The notes: a model not told the origin generated them from the letters alone. Counted from the stretch's first letter, positions 19,540-29,134 are shown. The stretch is 64,000 bases of DNA from an uncultured Acidobacteriota bacterium (GCA_963741045.1 CAVUGO010000006.1:72934-136933), one strand, 5' to 3'. Program-made: numbers and translations.

Positions 19540-22500
19540 CTAGAATTGAAGTTTCAACCCCCACTCAATCGTCCGGGGAGCTCCGAACGCGAACACGCCG
19601 GTTCCCGCGCCGATGCGATCGGGACGCGGATTATCCACTGTGTTCGGTCCAGTGCCATTGATTGAGCCTGGAGTGCCCGTTAGCTGAGGATTCAGGATGC
19701 TGGCTGCCGAATCATAGTTGGCGAAGTTGAAGGTGTTGAAGATGCTGACACTCGGAATGATTGTCAGCCTCTCGTGCCAGACGTGCCCGACCCAGCTGAA
19801 GGTAGTATCGAAGTCCTTCAGCCAACCGTAACCGACGTTGTTGGCTGGAGGCACTGCGATCGGCTGAGCCACGGCACCCAATGCCTGCAGGTCCGCAAGC
19901 GTCACCAGACCCGAGTTAATGAGCACCTGACCCGCTGGCGTGGGAAGCCCGGCGATGTTCGTGTTGTAATTGTTGATTGCGTTCGTCAGACCGACGGGCC
20001 CGATTTGGCGCATGAAGGCACCCACCTTGTAGAGCGAGTAGTCGCAGGTGCCACCCATGGTGCCGCACGATGTGCTCGTCTCTGCGCGGGGAAGCGGGTT
20101 TCCAACCTGCCCGGTGCCGATGTAATCGGTTTCGAAGATTCCACCGGCTGCGCCGATATTGTTGCTGCCATTCACCGGCAGAGTAAAGGGCGTACCCGCA
20201 AAAGGCGACCAGAAGTGGGAAACGATTCCGATCCGGAAGCCAAGCGGCAGATCGGCATAACCGCCGATGTTGAACTGGTGGGTCCGGTCAAGAGATCCCG
20301 GCCCAGACAGTGCGTTGGGATTGCGATTGTCGAGAGCGTTGTTCACGAAATCCTGGTCGCCTCCTGCTGCGCAGGTCGGGCTGCAGGTGTTGGAACCTGA
20401 GTTGACGAAGCGCGACAGGCTATAAGCGAACTGGAAATTCATGTATTTGACGCCCTTGAACGGATGGCTAACGTTCTGCGCCAACTTGATATCCAATCCG
20501 TTGTAAACCGAGCGGCCGGCCGATTGGTACTGATACAGAGCGCCCACGTTCGGGTTGATTCCGCCAAAGGCGCACGCCTGCCCCAAACCCACCGAGCATT
20601 CGCCGACGCCTTGGTCGTAAGGCGAATCGAGGCCAAACGCACCAAATGTGCCAATCGTGGCTCCCTTATTCGCCGCCAATCCCGGAGCACCGGGTACGTT
20701 GCAACCATTCGCTGCGGCCGCCGCCTGGATATTGGCAGCTCCGCAGAATGCGAGAGTACTTGCAATTGCGTTCGCCGCTGCGTCCTTACTGAAGTATGCA
20801 ACGTCTCCAGTGTGGTTGATGTCGGTTCCGATCAGATAGTGCAAGCCGACGTTGCGGATGTAATCTGCGGTTAGGATCAGTCCGGGCCGCAACTCTCGCT
20901 GCAAGCCCACATTCATTTGGAACGACCGTGGCGACTTGTAGGCGGGGGCGAGCAAACCGGTGGTGAGCAAGCTACCGTTCGCGATTCCTGACGGAATAAA
21001 CGCTCCATTGGAACCACCGCCGGCATAAGACGCCTGATATTCGGTCTGGAAGTTACCGAGGCAGGCTGCAAACGTAATGCCTGAGCACGTACCGGCACCG
21101 GGTCCCACCGTCGCGCCGATTGGCGTGTTGCACGCAACACCCCCGGCAGCCTTAGTCGAGTCCCCGAGGAAGTGGGTGCTCCCATCTCCAAACACAACAC
21201 TGCTCGGCCCGAAAGCACAGGGAGCCTGGACGACGTTGAACGCTCCGTTCTGAAGCCGCAGCAAGCGATCGAACAGAATGTCGTTGAAGACAGTGTTGTC
21301 GTAGTAGATTCCGGCTCCGGCGCGGAACACCATCTTGCCATCGCCCTTGGGATCCCAAGCGATGCCGGCCTGCGGGCCGAAGTTCTTGTTCGGCTGATTT
21401 ACGGTGTTACCGGCGCCCGGGAACACCGCGTTCAGCGCGGGAAGAGGTCCCAGATCGCTGTCGGTGCGGCCCGTGTCGCGGACGTATCGCACGCCGTACG
21501 TAAGAGTCAGATTCGGTTTCACCTTCCAGCTGTCACCGATGTACGCCCCCAGCCGGTTGTCCGGACCGAGACCGCCATTCGGCTTGCCAAAGCGCGAAAG
21601 TTCCGTGAACGCACCCTGGCCGTTCCCGACATCAGCGATATCCGCGATGTAGTTCAACGGGCACGCGGCGCCGGTCTGTCCGCCCGGGCACGTCAAAGTG
21701 CCAGGCGCGGTGAGGTTGACGCTGTCAGCAATCGGGGCGATACCGAAGAAGCTGGCATTGGTCCAACCCGTGATGCGATTGTAGCCGATGCCATAACGGA
21801 TGATGTGCGCGCCCCACACCTTGCTTCCGTCGTATTTAACCTGGCGGTCGCTCTGAATTGTCGATTGCGGAGCCAGGAAACTGGGGCCGCTCTGAAAACC
21901 GGTGCCTCCCAGAATGATGCCGACGGGGAGATTCGCGAAGGGCAAGTCGCTCCCTTGAACGGCGTCTCCGATTACGTTCACAAACTTCAGATATTCCGCT
22001 CGGAAGCTGTGGGTGTATTGGCCGGTGGTGAAATCCACGCCGCCGACCAGATTCTTCGTGCGGTCCCGGTTGTCATACACCGCATAGTTCGCCGCACCGC
22101 CGAAGTTTCCAACGTCGCTTGCTTGCCAGTAGCTGAAGCGGCCGAATGCATGAATCGTCTTGGTCGCCTGCCAATCCAGCCGGCCGAGAAGATTGTTGTC
22201 GTGGAACGGAGCTGGAAAAGTTCCGTTAAACGAATTCAAGTTCGTGCCGTCGCCTCCGGGAATCGAAGAGATAAGAACGCCGCCCGCATCATGGGCAAGA
22301 ATTCTTTCGCCGTCGGCAAAGAAGAACAGCTTGTCCTTGATGATCGCTCCGCCTACATCGCCGCCGTACTGGCTGCGTTGAAATTGAGCGCCGCCCGGAT
22401 ATACCGCGGCTTGCGAGTTGTCGCGGAAGAGACCGAAACCTTCTCCATGCAGCGAGTTCGTACCGGACTTGGTCGCAACGTTGACCGCGCCGCTGGACGT

Positions 22501-23211
22501 AAGGTCATTCGAAAGATCCAAGCTCGATTGTGCGAGCTGGAATTCTGCGATAGCGCTTGAGGGTACGCCCGTGGTCGTGGTGCCGACGTTCTCGTCGCTC
22601 ACGTCCACGCCGTCCACTGAAATGCGCGCGCTGCGGCCATAGCGTCCGCCGAATGAAATCGACGAGAAACCAATCTTGGTGGGATCAAAATTGCCGCCGT
22701 CCTGAATCTGAACGCCGGGTTCGAGTTGCGCCAGGTCGAGAAAGTTTCGGCCGTTGATGGGCAGGTTCTCGATCTGTTGTGTGGTCAAGCTGCCGGACAC
22801 CTGCGCCTGGTCTGTATTCACGGCGATCACTTGGCCGCTCACTTCCACCACCGTGCTCGACGCGCCTAGTTCGAGCTTGATCGGCGCGCTCGACACCTGG
22901 TTGATCTGCACAACGTAGGTTCCGGTCACGGTCTTGAAGCTCGGCGCTTCTACCCGAACCGTATAGTTTCCCGGCACCAGTGAACCCGATGTGAAAGTGC
23001 CGGCCGACGTTGTCGCCGTGTCGAGCGCCGCTCCTGTATCTTTGTTGGTGATCGTAACCTTGGCGTTGGGCACGATACCGCCTTGCGGATCGGTCACCAC
23101 GCCCTGAATGCTTCCTGCTTGTACGTTCGATTGCGCGTGAGCCGGCTGATGGCTGAGAAGCAGCACAGCCAGCAGCGCGAACGTGAACGCTGTAAATCGC
23201 TTCCAGTTCAT
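19540..23211 (-). CDS. TonB-dependent receptor with N-terminal carboxypeptidase-regulatory-like domain
   Basis: Signal peptide MNWKRFTAFTFALLAVLLLSHQPAHAQ, a CarboxypepD_reg-like domain (GSIQGVVTDPQGGIVPNAKVTITN...GNYTVRVEAPSFK), a plug (ENLPINGRNFLDLAQLEPGV), and a large barrel ending ..WGLKLQF. Confidence 0.85.
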   Translation of the reverse strand: MNWKRFTAFTFALLAVLLLSHQPAHAQSNVQAGSIQGVVTDPQGGIVPNAKVTITNKDTGAALDTATTSAGTFTSGSLVPGNYTVRVEAPSFKTVTGTYVVQINQVSSAPIKLELGASSTVVEVSGQVIAVNTDQAQVSGSLTTQQIENLPINGRNFLDLAQLEPGVQIQDGGNFDPTKIGFSSISFGGRYGRSARISVDGVDVSDENVGTTTTGVPSSAIAEFQLAQSSLDLSNDLTSSGAVNVATKSGTNSLHGEGFGLFRDNSQAAVYPGGAQFQRSQYGGDVGGAIIKDKLFFFADGERILAHDAGGVLISSIPGGDGTNLNSFNGTFPAPFHDNNLLGRLDWQATKTIHAFGRFSYWQASDVGNFGGAANYAVYDNRDRTKNLVGGVDFTTGQYTHSFRAEYLKFVNVIGDAVQGSDLPFANLPVGIILGGTGFQSGPSFLAPQSTIQSDRQVKYDGSKVWGAHIIRYGIGYNRITGWTNASFFGIAPIADSVNLTAPGTLTCPGGQTGAACPLNYIADIADVGNGQGAFTELSRFGKPNGGLGPDNRLGAYIGDSWKVKPNLTLTYGVRYVRDTGRTDSDLGPLPALNAVFPGAGNTVNQPNKNFGPQAGIAWDPKGDGKMVFRAGAGIYYDNTVFNDILFDRLLRLQNGAFNVVQAPCAFGPSSVVFGDGSTHFLGDSTKAAGGVACNTPIGATVGPGAGTCSGITFAACLGNFQTEYQASYAGGGSNGAFIPSGIANGSLLTTGLLAPAYKSPRSFQMNVGLQRELRPGLILTADYIRNVGLHYLIGTDINHTGDVAYFSKDAAANAIASTLAFCGAANIQAAAAANGCNVPGAPGLAANKGATIGTFGAFGLDSPYDQGVGECSVGLGQACAFGGINPNVGALYQYQSAGRSVYNGLDIKLAQNVSHPFKGVKYMNFQFAYSLSRFVNSGSNTCSPTCAAGGDQDFVNNALDNRNPNALSGPGSLDRTHQFNIGGYADLPLGFRIGIVSHFWSPFAGTPFTLPVNGSNNIGAAGGIFETDYIGTGQVGNPLPRAETSTSCGTMGGTCDYSLYKVGAFMRQIGPVGLTNAINNYNTNIAGLPTPAGQVLINSGLVTLADLQALGAVAQPIAVPPANNVGYGWLKDFDTTFSWVGHVWHERLTIIPSVSIFNTFNFANYDSAASILNPQLTGTPGSINGTGPNTVDNPRPDRIGAGTGVFAFGAPRTIEWGLKLQF

Positions 23212-23558
23212 ACACCCTCCTGAAGACCTGCCAAGAATCGAATGTCGTTGAAAATTCCGCCGCACACCGGGGAAAATCTCCCCGCAGCGTCTATTGGCAC
23301 GTTGATGCCCAGGCTGGAGCGAAAATACGGCTCTAATTTTTCAGTGACTTACGGGATTTTATCGACAGGCGGGACCGCAACGTCCGAATTTCCATAGAAG
23401 AACAGATTTGACCGCGGAGAAAGAAAATTCGAATTTAGAGAATACTATGACATTCAGAATTGTAAATTTCGTAGAAACGAATCTCGCTAGAAAAGTACTA
23501 AGCGATTTGCCTTACCTGGGGCAATCGAATCATTTCTCACAATCAGACGAGCGGATGC

Positions 23559-24944
23559 TCATTCCTTTGCGCTGCCCACGAGTTTTTCCACTTCGTCTGC
23601 TTCCTTTGGAATCGCGGCCGAAAGATTTTCGGGAGCGCCATTCGTGATCAAAATCGTGTCCTCCACGCGATAGTGCATGTGTTTATCGGGAAATTCCACG
23701 ATCGGCTCCACAGTCACCACCTGTCCGGCTTTGACGGGCCCACTTACGCGCATCACGTCATGTGTTGCGAGCCCCACGAAGTGTCCCGGGTACCCATACC
23801 ATTGATTGCCGATGCCGGCTTTGTCGAACACGGCTTTTCCCGCCGCGTTGGCTTCCTCGTACGTGTGGCCGGGAGTGAGAAGGGCGATGATCGCCTTCTG
23901 GCAATCGAGATCCACCGCGTACCACTTCGCTTGTTCGGGCGTGAATTTTCCGCTGATATTGAATGTGCGCGTGATGTCCATCGTCTCGTGATCGAGTGAA
24001 CCGGCAAAATCGAACACGACAAGTTCGTTGGCTTCGATCTTATGGCGATTCGAAAAATAGTGCCATGTGTTGATGTCGCTTCCGGAGCCGACAATCGCCA
24101 GATACGACGCGCCTTGCGCGCCGTGGTCGAAATCGTAGAAATAGGCGCGCGCTTCGATCTGATATTGATACATTCCCGGATGCGCGTGAGCGATTGCGTC
24201 GCGATTTCCTTCGGCGCTAATTCTTCCAATGCGGCGCAGCACTTCGATTTCTTCCGGCCGCTTGATGTTGCGCATTTCGTCGATCACGGGAGTCATGTCG
24301 CGCAGATGCGACATGGCGTAGCGTTCGGCGAGCAGTTTTGCCGGGGCGAGATCGCTCGGAATCGGCTCGTGATAGGGATGCGCGAATTTCCAGGCATGGT
24401 CGCGTCCAACTTCGGGACGCGCGCCGTCGGCTTTATCGGGGAAGCCGAGACGCAGCCACAGATCGGGCGTGCCGCCGCGCGCAAGCGCATAAGAAAGCGC
24501 CGTGTCGAGATCGGAGACCGGCAGCACCACTTTGTAGCCCAGCGCCTCGCGATCCGTGGGCGTGAGCGAGAGCAAATTCGGGCCGTACACCTGAGCCGTG
24601 CGCCCCGCCTGCGCGGGTTCAAAAATTGCGGTGGTGCCCTTCTCGACGTCCATCAGCATTACAGCGCCGGGATCCTGCAGGCCCGTGAAGTAATAAAAGT
24701 CATTGTCTTCGCGGTAGTGCGTGGATTCGGGAATTTCATTGCGGGCGAAAAGGATTGCGTAGCCAGTCTTCAGCTGCTTGGCAAGATCCGAGCGGCGAGC
24801 GGCGAATGTCTGGGGGCCGCCGAGATCGTCGATCGCCTGCTTGTCGGTATATTGCGCCGCAGCGGTGCCGCAAAAAAGCAGCACGACAACCGCGCATATC
24901 CATCCGCGTAGCAAATGTCTGCTTTCGAATCCCATCCGCGCCAT
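23559..24944 (-). CDS. Secreted M24-family Xaa-Pro aminopeptidase
   Basis: Signal peptide, creatinase-like N-domain, and a pita-bread fold with blocks VVFDFAG, GHFVGLATHD and VTVEPIV. Confidence 0.75.
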   Translation of the reverse strand: MARMGFESRHLLRGWICAVVVLLFCGTAAAQYTDKQAIDDLGGPQTFAARRSDLAKQLKTGYAILFARNEIPESTHYREDNDFYYFTGLQDPGAVMLMDVEKGTTAIFEPAQAGRTAQVYGPNLLSLTPTDREALGYKVVLPVSDLDTALSYALARGGTPDLWLRLGFPDKADGARPEVGRDHAWKFAHPYHEPIPSDLAPAKLLAERYAMSHLRDMTPVIDEMRNIKRPEEIEVLRRIGRISAEGNRDAIAHAHPGMYQYQIEARAYFYDFDHGAQGASYLAIVGSGSDINTWHYFSNRHKIEANELVVFDFAGSLDHETMDITRTFNISGKFTPEQAKWYAVDLDCQKAIIALLTPGHTYEEANAAGKAVFDKAGIGNQWYGYPGHFVGLATHDVMRVSGPVKAGQVVTVEPIVEFPDKHMHYRVEDTILITNGAPENLSAAIPKEADEVEKLVGSAKE

Positions 24945-25055
24945 CGCATTCCTCCGGAAATGATTTGTACGAATTCTATTTTCAGACGGGCGGAGCTTAT
25001 CGCAGAAGCGCGAGCTGGAAAAGCCATTTAGAGATGTGTCGGTCGGAAAAACGCT

Positions 25056-26093
25056 CTATTGAGGACCACGCGAGCGCCGGCCTACGTCAATGGCCTGCGA
25101 AGCAGCAGCCGGCTGCAATTTTGCGCCCGTGGAAGAGCCGAACGTGATCGCATCGCGCGTCTTTGCAAACGGCGCTGAGTCGACGAACTTCACCGTGTCG
25201 CCTTCGCGCTCGACTCCGAGTTCTTTCCACAATGCATCGAGATCCACCGGATAAGGCTGATTTTTCATTTTCTGATAAAGCGGCATGAGAACAGAAACTC
25301 CGGTAGCCGCGTCGCCGGCCGTAAGAGCTTTCTCGATTGGCCAATCGTAGCGGATCTCCCCGCCGGCGTTCAGAATTCCGCGCAACGCGTCGTCGAGTCC
25401 CTTGTGATTATTCGTCTGTTTGTGAATTTCGACGTCCGCGAGGAAGCAGAAAAGGGCGCCGCCCCAGTACGTTCGGCCCCAAGTATGGGTGTGATCCAGC
25501 CCTTCGTCGCCGGGCTGCGGCAATCCTTGATGCAAATCGCGCACCAACTCGAACCACATTTCATGCGCATCCATGTTCTTGGCGCGCACGCGTGCAATCG
25601 GCTCTACATAGGTGGCGATTCCCTCTTCGATCCAATGGTGTTCGTCCGCCATCGAAGGGAACGAGAGGTGCACCATTTCGTGTGTCAGCATCCAGTCGGA
25701 GTTTAGCCCCCGCACCGTTGTCTCTCTGCCCACATGGATCGAAATGCGCCCGCCGTCTTTTGCGCCGAACGTTTGTCCCCCGCGCACACCTCGCCCGTCC
25801 GCCGGAATAATTCGAAGCGCCACTTCAGGGACAGGAAAGCGTTCGTAGTAGGTGGAGACGGAATCCGCCGCCATGCGCACCCACTGCATTAGCTCTTGAT
25901 TGGAGAGTTGCATCGGGCCGCTTTCGATATTCACGTCGATTCGCGACGAGCCAACCAGAATTGTGGATGTCATCTCATCTGCCGGGACGCGCAATGCGGG
26001 AACCAGAAGCAGAAGCAAGAATACCGGAATTAGAATTCGAAAGCTGCTACGCGAAGCACAATGAATCGCGGAAGTCCCAGAGCGTGTGGTCAT
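25056..26093 (-). CDS. Putative secreted gluzincin metallopeptidase (HEXXH + WIEEG)
   Basis: N-terminal hydrophobic signal, then LTHEMVHLSFPSMADEHHWIEEGIATYVE (HEXXH plus a downstream Glu in an EG context). Lies 90 nt downstream of, and co-directional with, the DoxX gene. Confidence 0.55.
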   Translation of the reverse strand: MTTRSGTSAIHCASRSSFRILIPVFLLLLLVPALRVPADEMTSTILVGSSRIDVNIESGPMQLSNQELMQWVRMAADSVSTYYERFPVPEVALRIIPADGRGVRGGQTFGAKDGGRISIHVGRETTVRGLNSDWMLTHEMVHLSFPSMADEHHWIEEGIATYVEPIARVRAKNMDAHEMWFELVRDLHQGLPQPGDEGLDHTHTWGRTYWGGALFCFLADVEIHKQTNNHKGLDDALRGILNAGGEIRYDWPIEKALTAGDAATGVSVLMPLYQKMKNQPYPVDLDALWKELGVEREGDTVKFVDSAPFAKTRDAITFGSSTGAKLQPAAASQAIDVGRRSRGPQ

Positions 26094-26185
26094 CACTTAG
26101 TAGGATGCGATGAAAAGGCGTTTTGCTGGAAACAAATCAGAGGAGTATCGGAACTATTTGTGAGGTTAGCTGTTGTCAGCTGTTT

Positions 26186-26683
26186 TCAGATATTGACTCG
26201 GCCCCGATTCGCGTACTTTTTCTCGATCAGATAGTCGAGCGCGATCTTGCCGGGTCCGAAGATCAGGATCACCAAGGCGACGGCGAGGTAAATAAACGGG
26301 TCCGCATTGTAGAACTTGGACGGATCCGAAATAAAAGCGGTAAGCGAATCGCGGTCGGATGTCATGTAGGCAGTGAGCATGTCGATGACGAGGCCAAGTG
26401 CGGCTACGCGCGAAAGCAGGCCGATCGCCAGCAGAATCCCAGCTACGAACTCGAACGTGGAGACAAAACCGGCGGTGGCTCCCGGCTCCGGAATGCCGAG
26501 GCTTGCAAAGAACTGCGTGACGTGCGGGAGATTGTGAAGCTTGCCCCACCCGTTCAGCGCAATGCCAGCAGGCCAGAGGCCAAAGTAGACGCGGATACAT
26601 AGCAGGAGCGCCGACTGCAAGCTGGAAGCCACTCGGACCAGCAAGCCGTACAGGTTTTGGATTTGTTCCCGCAGGCCGCTCAT
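26186..26683 (-). CDS. bufD: DoxX-family membrane protein (BufD-like)
   Basis: Four TM helices with DoxX-like sequence (RVYFGLWPAGIALNGWGKL..., GLLSRVAALGLVIDMLTAY). ATG 26683 overlaps the upstream stop as ATGA. Confidence 0.7.
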   Translation of the reverse strand: MSGLREQIQNLYGLLVRVASSLQSALLLCIRVYFGLWPAGIALNGWGKLHNLPHVTQFFASLGIPEPGATAGFVSTFEFVAGILLAIGLLSRVAALGLVIDMLTAYMTSDRDSLTAFISDPSKFYNADPFIYLAVALVILIFGPGKIALDYLIEKKYANRGRVNI

Positions 26684-27576
26684 CTCTTTTTCGCCGCCAT
26701 GGAGCGGCAGAACCAGCCCAGAGTAGACCAAGTCTGGAACCAGCTCTGAATTTGCGCGGGCCTCTCTTCCGGCGCGATCGAACTCTTGCGCAGAGCGGAG
26801 GCAATGGCCCGGCTTAGCGTCTTGCCCGCGCGCAGTTCCTTCAGGATCAGGAATTCTTCGCGCTCGAGGCGCCGGAAGTACACGGAATCATCGAGGCGGT
26901 GCACGGCAAGAAAAATCGTCGAAGGCTTCAGCCGGGCGACCGCGCGCACGCGCTTCTGCTTGTGCCGCTCATTGAAAGCGTTGCTCGCGAAATCCGTGTC
27001 CGCTTCGTGTTTCTTCAATTCAATCAGAAGGTCATCCACAGGATAGTGCAAATCGAGAAGATGAATGTAAGGCTGCAACTGCAAGCGCAGCGTCTCCGGA
27101 TCAGCTCCCGCGAGATCTTCAGGTTTCAAAGCGGGTTCTGCCTTTCCGTCGAAAGCGTCAATATCGGCCCATTCCAGCCGGACCATGTCGAGTGCCAGCT
27201 CTCGTCGCGAGCTAGTCCATTTCGGATTCTTGCGCAGCCACGTTTCCAATTTTGACCCGAGGTTTCGCAGCGTGAACGAAGTCGAGGGGCAATCGTTGAT
27301 GTAAGCCTTCGCGGCTGCATCGAATTTGCGTTCGCCAAGCACGGCGCGAAGACCTGGAAAATCCTCCGCAAACGCGGAAAGCACTCGAAACCAATATTGG
27401 CGGTTGTAGATTTCCAGGCGCTCAAACGAAGTGAGCCGATCGTTCGGCTTGATGATGTCCGCAGCGACCTTCCGCAGCGACCGGCCGTCAGGCGCCGTCG
27501 GGCGCATGCGCTCGGCGGGAGTGAGAGGCGTCATCACCGCCCGCGCCATACGGCGCTGGATGCTTAGAAGACTCAT
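26680..27576 (-). CDS. bufC: DUF2063-family MNIO partner protein (BufC/MbnC-like)
   Basis: LEIYNRQYWFRVLSAFAEDFPGLRAVLGERKFDAAAKAYINDCPSTSFTLRNLG is the typical DUF2063 N-terminal domain. There are ATGA overlaps at both ends of the gene. Confidence 0.75.
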   Translation of the reverse strand: MSLLSIQRRMARAVMTPLTPAERMRPTAPDGRSLRKVAADIIKPNDRLTSFERLEIYNRQYWFRVLSAFAEDFPGLRAVLGERKFDAAAKAYINDCPSTSFTLRNLGSKLETWLRKNPKWTSSRRELALDMVRLEWADIDAFDGKAEPALKPEDLAGADPETLRLQLQPYIHLLDLHYPVDDLLIELKKHEADTDFASNAFNERHKQKRVRAVARLKPSTIFLAVHRLDDSVYFRRLEREEFLILKELRAGKTLSRAIASALRKSSIAPEERPAQIQSWFQTWSTLGWFCRSMAAKKR

Positions 27577-28424
27577 ACGGCGGTGGCGAGCGAGGCGCTC
27601 GCGAGAAACTTGTTGGCCTTCAGCGCCTCATCATGGACTTCCTGGAACGAAGGAATACTGTCGTCCCATTCGAGGAGCGTCGCCGTGTGGCCCACACGTT
27701 CAATGGCGCGCTCGTAAAGTTTCCATACCGGATCGATCACCGGATGATCGTGCGTATCGAGAATGTATTTCTTGAATTTTGAATGTCCGGCGATATGAAT
27801 CTGCGCCACGCGGTCGGCTGGAACGCTATTTACATATGTAAACGGATCGAAATTGTGGTTCTTCGAAGAAACGTAAATATTGTTCACATCGAGAAGAATC
27901 CCGCAATCCGCCCGCTCCACCACTTCATTTAAAAACTCCCACTCGGTCATTTCCGAAACGTGAAACTCGGCATAGCTGCTCACGTTTTCCACCACCACCG
28001 GTGTTTCAATAAAATCCCGCACCTCGCGAACTTTTTGCGCGGTGATACGTGCCGCTTCGAACGTGTAAGGCATCGGAAGCAGGTCGTGCGTATAGCGCCC
28101 ATCCACACTGCCCCAGCAAAGATGATCCGAAACCCACGGCGTTTTCGTCCGCTTCACCAATTCCTTCAATCGCCGTAAATGTTCGCGGTTCGGCTTTTCC
28201 GCCGAGCCGAAATACATCGAAACGCCATGCTGCACCACGCGATACTGCTCGAGAATTTGATCGAGAATCCGCAACGGCCGGCCGCCGTCAATCATGAAAT
28301 TTTCAGAGATGATTTCGAACCAGTCCACCACCGGTTTCTTGGTAAGAATATGGTGGTAGTGCGGGGCGCGCAGCCCGATTCCCACTCCGTAATCCGTGAA
28401 TCCGTTGAACCGATTTGCAGGCAT
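27573..28424 (-). CDS. bufB: DUF692/UPF0276 multinuclear non-haem iron oxidase (MNIO; BufB/MbnB-like)
   Basis: Signature blocks GIGLRAPHY, EIISENF, HGVSMYFGS, SDHLCW, VENVSSY, LLDVNNIYV and IHIAGH. The start is ATG 28424, or TTG 28436 as in the ORF track. Confidence 0.85.
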   Translation of the reverse strand: MPANRFNGFTDYGVGIGLRAPHYHHILTKKPVVDWFEIISENFMIDGGRPLRILDQILEQYRVVQHGVSMYFGSAEKPNREHLRRLKELVKRTKTPWVSDHLCWGSVDGRYTHDLLPMPYTFEAARITAQKVREVRDFIETPVVVENVSSYAEFHVSEMTEWEFLNEVVERADCGILLDVNNIYVSSKNHNFDPFTYVNSVPADRVAQIHIAGHSKFKKYILDTHDHPVIDPVWKLYERAIERVGHTATLLEWDDSIPSFQEVHDEALKANKFLASASLATAV

Positions 28425-28464
28425 TGAATTCCCCAAATCTACAAAACAAAGTCTAGATAGAAAG

Positions 28465-28492
28465 AGGGCCGGAGAATTCTTGCCGGCCCTCC
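28465..28492 (-). terminator. GC-rich hairpin between precursor gene and MNIO gene (putative attenuator or partial terminator)
   Basis: gagggccgg-N10-ccggccctc, a perfect 9-bp stem. On the minus-strand transcript it is followed by tttctatctagactttgttttg (T-rich but interrupted). Confidence 0.45.
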
Positions 28493-28524
28493 GTCAGGTA
28501 ACGCGGTATTGCTTCAGCGGGTCA

Positions 28525-28812
28525 CTACGACGGCTTCTTCGAGCCGTCAGTTGCGCAGCCGCCCTTGCCCTTGCAAGAGTTCTTGCCTTTGCAACCGTTG
28601 TCGCCCGCTTTGCAACCGCCCTTGCCCTTACAGGAGTTCTGGCCTTTACAGGCGTGCTTTTCCTTCACCTTTTTGTCGCCCGAATCCTGAGCACTGAAGG
28701 TGTTGCCCTTCGCGCTCGAGAGAAGGTTCGACGCTTGCACGGTGACCGCAGTCCCGGCCAACAAACCAGCCAGCGCTGCTCCTGCTATCAAGCTCTTCTT
28801 AGACTTTGTCAT
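28525..28812 (-). CDS. bufA: RiPP precursor 1: Sec-signal peptide + six-Cys Lys/Gly-rich core (bufferin 6/12-Cys-like)
   Basis: Trimmed to ATG 28812, preceded by AGGAGG. Sequence MTKSKKSLIAGAALAGLLAGTAVTVQA|SNLLSSAKGNTFSAQDSGDKKVKEKHACKGQNSCKGKGGCKAGDNGCKGKNSCKGKGGCATDGSKKPS. Located immediately upstream of DUF692. Confidence 0.8.
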   Translation of the reverse strand: MTKSKKSLIAGAALAGLLAGTAVTVQASNLLSSAKGNTFSAQDSGDKKVKEKHACKGQNSCKGKGGCKAGDNGCKGKNSCKGKGGCATDGSKKPS

Positions 28813-28950
28813 GTTTCCACATCCTCCTGTCGATTTGGACTGCAACCGCCCTGATGCTAGTACGTCGCCCCAATGCATTTGGATTGGCCTTCTGGTTGGT
28901 CGAGACTGGGTTCGTTCCAAGCCTCTCGCACGGCGCGAGAAGCTGCCGGG

Positions 28951-28979
28951 AGCATAATCCAGGCAGTTACCGAGAACAA
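28951..28979 (-). promoter_or_regulatory. Putative sigma70-type promoter of precursor 1
   Basis: Minus strand reads TTGTTC (28979-28974), a 17-nt spacer, then TATGCT (28956-28951). Homology with the second copy ends just upstream of it. Confidence 0.4.
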
Positions 28980-29134
28980 CAGCTAATGCACCGGGTGCCG
29001 GAGGATGCCAGCGCAGAACGCTGCTCTCCGCTCTGACCGAGCGTCCAGACTGCTCGGCGGATACCACTCACAACTTCCCGCCGAGGGGCTGGGTTTCGCT
29101 CGGCGTATTTCCGGAAGGGTTTGATCCGACGCTA

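Larger units (their letters stand above)
28525..28979 (-). repeat. Tandem duplication unit, copy 1 (promoter + leader + precursor gene)
   Basis: Aligns by eye with 29135-29583 along the CDS and about 165 nt of upstream sequence. Confidence 0.8.

Noticed and set aside
21172-22560. 462-aa ORF on the + strand
   Set aside because: It lies entirely antisense to the TonB-dependent receptor gene, which has clear domain structure. Its composition is Arg/Ala/Val-rich and typical of high-GC shadow frames, and it has no recognisable motif.
28813-29067. Long N-terminal extensions of the precursor ORFs (the 180-aa and 113-aa forms in the ORF track)
   Set aside because: The extensions are not conserved at the protein level between the two copies in a way consistent with coding. 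They lack SD sequences and would bury the signal peptide. The internal ATGs at 28812 and 29419 have strong SDs and give canonical Sec precursors.
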